Assembly (NCBI GenBank): GCA_959599915.1
Contig: CAUGJE010000009.1
Location: 20,031-84,030 of the forward strand
Length of the DNA stretch: 64,000 nt
Reading direction: 5' to 3'
Origin: an uncultured Collinsella sp.
GTDB taxonomy: Bacteria; Actinomycetota; Coriobacteriia; Coriobacteriales; Coriobacteriaceae
The position numbers were made by a program, and so were the translations under genes. Position 1 is the stretch's first letter. Every line of letters starts with the position of its first letter. Shown in pieces: positions 57,616 through 64,000 of the stretch. Under the pieces are notes generated by a model. It was not told the DNA's origin, searched no databases, and worked only from the letters and a program-made list of their open reading frames with translations.

Positions 57616-59339
57616 TGAGATTTATGAGGCCGTATCGCGGGCTGATTGCGGTGACGCTGTTTGTACTGCTGATAGATAACGTCGGCACGCTGCTGGTGCC
57701 TACAATGTTGGCGAATATGGTCAATACTGGTATCACGACGGGTGATATCGACTACATCTTGCGCAACGGCGTGTATATGCTCATCGCGACCGGCATGGCC
57801 AGTGGCGGCGCGGTGCTGGGCTGCTATCTTTCGGCCCGTCTGGCGGCCAATGTGGCCTGCGACATTCGCAACGCCGTCTACGATAAGTCGCTCGAGCTGT
57901 CCGCCAGCGACTTTGAGCGCTTTGGTACGGGTTCGATGATCACGCGCTCGCTCAACGACATCAACGTGATCCAGCAAGCGATCCTGCAGACGATTCAGCT
58001 GGTGTTACCGGTACCGTTCTTGGCCGTGGCGGGCATCATCTTTGCCTGGTTTATCGATCCTGCCATGGGTACGCTGCTGGGCGTGGTCGTTGCGATCGTG
58101 CTGGTGGCGGCGGTCTTTACCGTTGCCAACGCCGCGCCGATCTTTATGCGCCTGCAGAGCTTTATCGACCGCATGAACGTGGTGCTGCGCGAGAACATCG
58201 TGGGCGTGCGCGTCATCCGCGCATTTAACAAGGAGCGCCACGAGGAGCAGCGCCTGGACGAGGTGTTTAGCGATTATGCAGCCAATGCCATCAAGGTCAA
58301 CCACCTGTTTGTGGGTCTCGACAGCTCCAGCTTCTTTTTGATGAATATCGCCGAGGTGGCGGTGCTGTGGGTGGGCGGCAACCGCGTGGGCGTCCATGCC
58401 ATGCAAATCGGCAGCATCTCGGCCGTGTTGGAGTACGCGATCCTGATCCTGTTCTTTGTGATGATGGCGCAGATGGTGGTGCTGACGCTTCCGCGCGCCG
58501 CGGCGTGCCTCAACCGTGCGCAGCAGGTGCTCGAAATCGAGCCGAGCATCGTGGACGGCAAGGCTACGCTGGGCGACGGGGCGCCCGAGTCCGCAGATGG
58601 AGCCGACGCGGTGGCCGTGTTCGACCACATGTCGTTCCGTTTTGACGATGCTGACGAGGACACCCTGCGTGACCTGAGTTTTGCCTGCCGCCGCGGACAG
58701 ACGACCGCGATCGTGGGCTCGACGGGCTCGGGCAAGTCAACGGTGGCCAAGCTCTTGCTTCGCTTCCACGATGCCACGAAGGGCGCCATTCGCCTGAACG
58801 GCGTCGATCTGCGCGACCTTTCGCAAGACGATATCCGCGGGCGTATCGCCTATGTGCCGCAGAAGGCATGGCTGTTCTCGGGTACGGTGGCGAGCAACCT
58901 GCGGTTTGGTAACGAGGGCGCGACCGAGGCTGACATGCTCCATGCGCTGGAGGTTGCCCAGAGCACCTTTGTGCTCGACCAGCCCCAGGGGCTCGATACG
59001 CCGGTGGCCCAGGGCGGCACGAACTTCTCGGGTGGTCAGCGCCAGCGTTTGGCAATCGCCCGCGCACTCATGAAGCGCGCCGACCTGTATATCTTCGACG
59101 ACAGTTTTTCGGCCCTGGACTTTAAGACCGATGCGGCACTGCGCCATGCGCTGCAGGACGAGACGTGCGATGCCGCGGTGCTCATCATCGCCCAGCGCAT
59201 CTCGACTATTTTGCATGCCGATCAGATTGTGGTGCTCAAAGACGGTGAAGTCGTGGGCCTAGGCACGCACGACGAGCTCATGAAAACCTGTGAGGTGTAC
59301 CGCGCTATCGCGGAATCGCAGATGAAGGGAGGTGAGTAG
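57603..59339 (+). CDS. ABC exporter half-transporter (TMD+NBD), subunit 1
   Basis: [16 protein letters not shown], degenerate Walker [14 protein letters not shown]. Confidence 0.93.
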   Translation: MRLLMRFMRPYRGLIAVTLFVLLIDNVGTLLVPTMLANMVNTGITTGDIDYILRNGVYMLIATGMASGGAVLGCYLSARLAANVACDIRNAVYDKSLELSASDFERFGTGSMITRSLNDINVIQQAILQTIQLVLPVPFLAVAGIIFAWFIDPAMGTLLGVVVAIVLVAAVFTVANAAPIFMRLQSFIDRMNVVLRENIVGVRVIRAFNKERHEEQRLDEVFSDYAANAIKVNHLFVGLDSSSFFLMNIAEVAVLWVGGNRVGVHAMQIGSISAVLEYAILILFFVMMAQMVVLTLPRAAACLNRAQQVLEIEPSIVDGKATLGDGAPESADGADAVAVFDHMSFRFDDADEDTLRDLSFACRRGQTTAIVGSTGSGKSTVAKLLLRFHDATKGAIRLNGVDLRDLSQDDIRGRIAYVPQKAWLFSGTVASNLRFGNEGATEADMLHALEVAQSTFVLDQPQGLDTPVAQGGTNFSGGQRQRLAIARALMKRADLYIFDDSFSALDFKTDAALRHALQDETCDAAVLIIAQRISTILHADQIVVLKDGEVVGLGTHDELMKTCEVYRAIAESQMKGGE

Positions 59340-61344
59340 CATGACCGAGGAGCTCAAGAAGTGGAGCATCGCCGATGACGCCGCGGCTGCAGAAACAGTC
59401 GAGGAGACGGGCGCCACGCCCGACCTGGACGAAGCCGCCAAGGCAGCGGCGGAGCGCGAGGCTCGCCGCCAGGCACTCTACGAGGAAAACGAGCGCGCCG
59501 AGGACGAGCGCGCCCGCGCCGAGGCGGAGCGCATGCGCGACGTTGATGACGAGGACGAGGACGAGACGCCCCGCGACACCTGGGCGACGGTGCGCCGCCT
59601 GTGGAGCGAGGCCGCCGGCGACCATTGGCGCTTCTATATCGTGTTCGCGAGTATCGTGTTCTATGCCATCTTTAACACCGCGGCGCCGGCTTACAGCGCC
59701 CGCGTGATCGATGAGCTGTGGGGGCACATGAAGCTGGCGTTTGCCAACAACGCTACCTTCAGCATTACCTGGGAGAACTGCGGCAGGACCATCTTTATCT
59801 ACTTTATGATCTGGACCGCCGCTGCCTCGTTCTACGCACTCCAGAGCTTTTTGATGTCGAGCGTTGCCGAGCGCCTCAACCTGCGCCTGCGCAACCGCAT
59901 CGCACAAAAGCTCAACCGTCTGCCGCTTGCCTACTTTGACGCGCATCGTCCCGGCGAGGTCGTCAGCCGTGCGACCAACGACTTGGACAAGATGTCCGAG
60001 AGCATGCAACGCGGCCTGCTGCAGCTTCTGGTGTCGATCGGTACCGTGGTGGGCGCCGTGAGCGTGATGTTCGTGTTTAGCGTGCCGCTCACGCTCGTCT
60101 TTTTGTTCTTTACGGCGTTTTCGCTGCTGGTGACGAAGGTCGTGTCGCGCCGCACGCATGATGTGACGGGCGAGCGCCAGGAGTGGGTGTCCAAGATTAC
60201 GAGCGCGGTCGAGGAGGGCTACTCGGGCCGTCTGGTGATCCGTGCGTTTAACCGCGAGCGCAAGAGCTCTGCCGAGGTGCACGAGGCTTCGAAGGAGCTG
60301 GCGCGCGTGAGCACCAAGGCCGACTTTATGATTAACGCCGTCGGCCCCGCGGTGCGCTTTATCGGCCGTTTGGCGCAGATCGTGATCGCGCTGGTGGGCT
60401 GCAGCATGCTGGTTGCCGGGCATATGACCGTCGGCGTGTTCCAGGCGTTCTTCCAGTTTATCTACGAGGCGTCCGAGCCCATGACGGAGCTGTCGTTTAC
60501 CTTTAACTCGCTGCAGAGCGCACTGGCGAGCGCAGAGCGTGTGTTCGACCTGCTCGACGAGCCCGAGATGGAGGCCGATCCGTTGCCGGTGGCCGCCGCC
60601 AAGCTGCCGGGCAAAGTGGAAGGCCGTGTCGCTTTTGAGCATGTGCGCTTTGGCTATTCGCCCGACAAGCCGCTTATGCGAGACGTGTCGTTTACCGCCG
60701 AGCCGGGTCAGAAGATCGCCGTGGTGGGAACCACGGGCGCGGGTAAGACCACGCTCATCAACCTGCTCATGCGCTTTTACGAGATCGACGGCGGCCGCAT
60801 TACCCTCGACGGCGTGGACACGAGCCGCATGGACCGCGGCGAGCTGCGCCAGCAGTTTGGCATGGTGTTGCAGGACGCTTGGCTATTTGATGGCACCATT
60901 GCCGAGAACATCGCCTACGGCTGTCCCGAGGCGACGCGCGAGGAGATTGTCGCGGCCGCACGTGCCGCACGGGTCGACTTCTTTGTGCGCACTATGCCGC
61001 AGGGCTACGACACGCGTGTGGCTAACGATGCCGAGAGCATCAGCCAGGGCCAACGTCAGCTGCTGACCATCGCGCGCGTGCTGCTCAACAACCCGGCGAT
61101 CCTCATCCTGGACGAGGCGACGTCGAGCGTGGACACACGCACCGAGCTCGCCATCGGCCGTGCTATGGATGCGCTCATGCGCGGGCGCACGAGCTTTGTG
61201 ATCGCGCACCGTCTGTCGACGATCGTCGATGCCGACCTCATCCTGGTCATGGATCACGGCAATATCATCGAGCAGGGTACGCACAAGGAGCTGCTGGCTG
61301 CCGAGGGCGCTTATGCCGACCTCTACCTAAGCCAGTTCGCATAA
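59332..61344 (+). CDS. ABC exporter half-transporter (TMD+NBD), subunit 2
   Basis: GTTGAGKTT, ISQGQRQ, ILDEATSSVD, IAHRL. Confidence 0.93.
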   Translation: MSSMTEELKKWSIADDAAAAETVEETGATPDLDEAAKAAAEREARRQALYEENERAEDERARAEAERMRDVDDEDEDETPRDTWATVRRLWSEAAGDHWRFYIVFASIVFYAIFNTAAPAYSARVIDELWGHMKLAFANNATFSITWENCGRTIFIYFMIWTAAASFYALQSFLMSSVAERLNLRLRNRIAQKLNRLPLAYFDAHRPGEVVSRATNDLDKMSESMQRGLLQLLVSIGTVVGAVSVMFVFSVPLTLVFLFFTAFSLLVTKVVSRRTHDVTGERQEWVSKITSAVEEGYSGRLVIRAFNRERKSSAEVHEASKELARVSTKADFMINAVGPAVRFIGRLAQIVIALVGCSMLVAGHMTVGVFQAFFQFIYEASEPMTELSFTFNSLQSALASAERVFDLLDEPEMEADPLPVAAAKLPGKVEGRVAFEHVRFGYSPDKPLMRDVSFTAEPGQKIAVVGTTGAGKTTLINLLMRFYEIDGGRITLDGVDTSRMDRGELRQQFGMVLQDAWLFDGTIAENIAYGCPEATREEIVAAARAARVDFFVRTMPQGYDTRVANDAESISQGQRQLLTIARVLLNNPAILILDEATSSVDTRTELAIGRAMDALMRGRTSFVIAHRLSTIVDADLILVMDHGNIIEQGTHKELLAAEGAYADLYLSQFA

Positions 61345-61378
61345 GGTGACAAAGGGTCAGTCCCGCATGTCACATCGA

Positions 61379-61419
61379 AAAGAAGGCGCGCCGGGAGCGG
61401 ATTCCCTGGCGCGCCTTTT
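61379..61419. terminator. Bidirectional terminator
   Basis: AAGGCGCGCCGGGA/TCCCTGGCGCGCCTTTT. Confidence 0.7.
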
Positions 61420-61455
61420 GTGTTGGCGTTCATGCTGTGGCGGTTGCCCGCGGCC

Positions 61456-62160
61456 CTAGCGCTCGTCCACGAGCTTGGCGACGAGGGCTTTGAGCTCGGC
61501 CACCTCTTGCTCGAGTTCCTTGACGCGACGGGCGTTTTCGGTGATGCCCTGACGGTTGAGGGCGCTCTGCTCGGCGGCATCGTCGGGCATGTACTCGCGA
61601 TGCTGCTTGGCGTCGAAGCTCTCCTCGAACACGCGGCAGCCGTTGCGCTTGATGATGCGCCCAGGCACGCCCACGACGGTGCAGTTGTCGGGCACGTCCT
61701 TGACGACGACCGAGTTGCCGCCGATCTTGACGTTGTTGCCGATGTGGATGTTGCCAAGCACCTTGGCGCCCGTGCCCACGGTGACATTGTTGCCCAGGGT
61801 GGGGTGGCGTTTGCCGGTCTCGTTGCCGGTGCCGCCGAGCGTGACGCCCTGGTAGAGCACACAGTTGTCGCCCACGATGGTAGTCTCGCCAATAACGACG
61901 CCCATGGCGTGGTCGATAAAGAAGTGCTTGCCGATCTGCGCGGCGGGATGAATCTCGACGCCGGTGATATGGCGGGTTAACTGCGAGAGCACGCGGGCAA
62001 GCGATCGATGGCCGTGTTCCCACAGCCAGTGCTCGGGCACATGATTCCACTTGGCATGCAGGCCGGGGTAGGACAGGAAGATGACCAGGCCATTTTGCGC
62101 GGCAGGGTCCTGCGCCTGGACGGTCTTGATGTCCTCGCGAATGGTGTTGATAAAGCTCAC
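61456..62160 (-). CDS. cysE: Serine O-acetyltransferase
   Basis: [52 protein letters not shown]. Confidence 0.93.
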   Translation of the reverse strand: MSFINTIREDIKTVQAQDPAAQNGLVIFLSYPGLHAKWNHVPEHWLWEHGHRSLARVLSQLTRHITGVEIHPAAQIGKHFFIDHAMGVVIGETTIVGDNCVLYQGVTLGGTGNETGKRHPTLGNNVTVGTGAKVLGNIHIGNNVKIGGNSVVVKDVPDNCTVVGVPGRIIKRNGCRVFEESFDAKQHREYMPDDAAEQSALNRQGITENARRVKELEQEVAELKALVAKLVDER

Positions 62161-62384
62161 CGGCCGCCCTCCCTTAGCGCCGCGACAATGCGATTCAATA
62201 AAGTATAGCGATTCGCTAGGGATTAGGAAGGGCAATCTTGCTTTGCTTTAGGCGACAGGTGTCAGTTATGCAAACTTGCTGGTAATGAAGTAAGACTTTT
62301 GAGGGGTTTGGCCTGTCCTCGCGCCGCAACCGTATACTGGTCAACTTGGACGTGTCCGCGCCCACAACTGAGAGGTTTTACTTC

Positions 62385-63032
62385 ATGGGTTTCATCAATT
62401 TCATTGCCGAGCTGCTTAAGGATCCGCGCACCGCGATTGCCAGCTGGATCGCCGCCGGCCCGCTTATGGCCTACGGCTGCGTGTTCCTGATCATCTTTAT
62501 CGAGACGGGCGTGGTGTTCTTCCCGTTCCTTCCCGGCGATTCGCTGCTGTTTGCCTCGGGCTTCTTTGCCCATAACGGCGGCTTTAACATCGTGGCGCTT
62601 CTGGCCACCGCATGGGCCGCAGCCATCCTGGGCGATCAGTGCAACTTTATGATCGGCCACTTCTTTGGCAAAAAGATCATCGCCTCGGGCAAGGTAAAGG
62701 CCATGACGCCCGAGCGCATCAAAAAGTCCGAGGATTTCCTGGATAAGTGGGGCCATCTGGCCATCTTCCTCGGTCGCTTCTTCCCGTTTATCCGCACCTT
62801 TGTGCCTTTTATCGCCGGCATGGGCGGTATGCACTGGCGCAACTTTGTCATCTTTAACGTGCTGGGTGGCATTACCTGGTCGACGGTCTTTACGCTGCTG
62901 GGCTACTTCTTTGGTGGCATTCCGTTTGTGCAGGAGCACTTTGAGCTGCTGATCGTGGGCATTGTTGCCGTGTCGATTATTCCGACCGTGGTCGGTTTGG
63001 TTAAGGCTAAGCTCGGTAAAAAGAACGCCTAG
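62385..63032 (+). CDS. DedA/VTT family membrane protein
   Basis: FIETG..FFPFLPGDSLLF, GRFFPFIRTFVP, FNVLGG. Confidence 0.92.
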   Translation: MGFINFIAELLKDPRTAIASWIAAGPLMAYGCVFLIIFIETGVVFFPFLPGDSLLFASGFFAHNGGFNIVALLATAWAAAILGDQCNFMIGHFFGKKIIASGKVKAMTPERIKKSEDFLDKWGHLAIFLGRFFPFIRTFVPFIAGMGGMHWRNFVIFNVLGGITWSTVFTLLGYFFGGIPFVQEHFELLIVGIVAVSIIPTVVGLVKAKLGKKNA

Positions 63033-63060
63033 TCCGAGCTTGTTTTCGGACGTTAATTCC

Positions 63061-63094
63061 AAGGCCCGTCATCGGATTCGATGGCGGGCCTTTT
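63061..63094 (+). terminator. Intrinsic terminator after dedA
   Basis: AAGGCCCGTCATCG/CGATGGCGGGCCTTTT. Confidence 0.8.
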
Positions 63095-63321
63095 GTGTTG
63101 AAGGCAAATGAAAATACTTTACTTAGTTAAAGAAAAGCGTTTTATCCAAGGCGTGCGGGGAGTACAATCACCTGCATGCGAATCGACGTGCCATCGGCTT
63201 TGATGCTGCCCGCGTGTCCTGCCCGGCTCTACGCTCCGGGTATGCGACGTTGCGACGCGGCCGGCTTCGGTCCTTGCGTGCGGGTTCGCGAGTATGCAAC
63301 CGTGTATGTAAGGAGCGACAT

Positions 63322-64000
63322 ATGACTGTCGAGAAGAAAGATATCGATTGGGGTAGCCTCGGCTTTGGCTACATGAAGACCGATTACAGCTACGAGGCTC
63401 ATTGGAAGGATGGCGAGTGGGACGAGGGCGGCCTGACCACCGACCACACCCTGCACGTCTCCGAGTGCGGTGGCATCTTCCATTACTGCCAGGAGGTCTT
63501 TGAGGGCCTGAAGGCCTACACCGCCGAGGACGGCAGCATCGTCTGCTTCCGTCCCGACATGAACGCCGAGCGTATGTATAACTCTGCCCAGCGCCTCGAG
63601 ATGCCCCCGTTCCCCAAGGACAAGTTTGTTGAGGCCGTCAAGCAGGTCGTTTCTGCCAACGCCGCCTGGGTTCCGCCCTTCGGCTCTGGCGCGACCCTGT
63701 ATGTGCGCCCGTTTATGATCGGCTCCGGTGACGTGATCGGCGTGGCTCCCGCTCCTGAGTACACGTTCCGTATTCTCGTGACCCCGGTCGGTCCGTACTT
63801 TAAGGGTGGCCTCAAGCCCGTCAAGCTGCGCGTTTCCGAGTACGACCGCGCCGCGCCGCACGGCACCGGCAACATCAAGGCCGGCCTCAACTACGCCATG
63901 TCCTTGAAGCCCACGATGGAGGCTCACCGCGAGGGCTATGCCGAGAACCTGTATCTCGACTCCGAGTCCCGCACCTATGTCGAGGAGACCGGTGGCGCCA
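63322..64000 (+). CDS. ilvE: Branched-chain amino acid aminotransferase; 3' end runs off the window
   Basis: Manual translation MTVEKKDIDWGSLGFGY...HYCQEVFEGLKAY...FRPDMNAER...LYVRP; SD AAGGAG. Confidence 0.93.
   Translation, partial: MTVEKKDIDWGSLGFGYMKTDYSYEAHWKDGEWDEGGLTTDHTLHVSECGGIFHYCQEVFEGLKAYTAEDGSIVCFRPDMNAERMYNSAQRLEMPPFPKDKFVEAVKQVVSANAAWVPPFGSGATLYVRPFMIGSGDVIGVAPAPEYTFRILVTPVGPYFKGGLKPVKLRVSEYDRAAPHGTGNIKAGLNYAMSLKPTMEAHREGYAENLYLDSESRTYVEETGGA

Overview
High-GC chromosomal segment whose gene content and codon style fit a gut Coriobacteriia (Collinsella-like) genome; the taxon is my inference. Most of the window is housekeeping and metabolism: livK-like binding protein, hom, purL, transporters, an EtfAB/FAD-oxidoreductase cluster, trmB, a PTS/antiterminator locus, ALDH/Fe-ADH, reverse rubrerythrin, pdxR-pdxST, an ABC exporter pair, cysE, dedA and ilvE. 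The notable parts are: (1) a DUF559/Vsr-like nuclease gene bracketed by two 121-bp palindromic elements, with a third solo copy of identical length 13 kb away and a truncated paralog of the nuclease elsewhere, a possible REP/MITE-like nuclease-plus-repeat system; (2) Elp3 close to a Trm9/ALKBH8-like methyltransferase and trmB, suggesting a eukaryote/archaea-type mcm5U34 tRNA pathway; (3) a Firmicutes-type serine-recombinase element inserted in a REP-like hairpin, carrying an Rpn-like nuclease with an internal small ORF and a tet ribosomal-protection gene cut after 30 codons and fused in frame to a host gene tail, which places an ABC exporter behind the tet promoter and attenuator; (4) a TerB_N/DUF2791 ATPase/Lhr helicase operon with a LexA-like box; (5) an array of inverted repeats with an exact 62-bp period; (6) a WxL-like/LPxTG surface cluster. 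No rRNA, tRNA or CRISPR-cas was recognised. All family calls come from motif recognition by eye; no searches were run.
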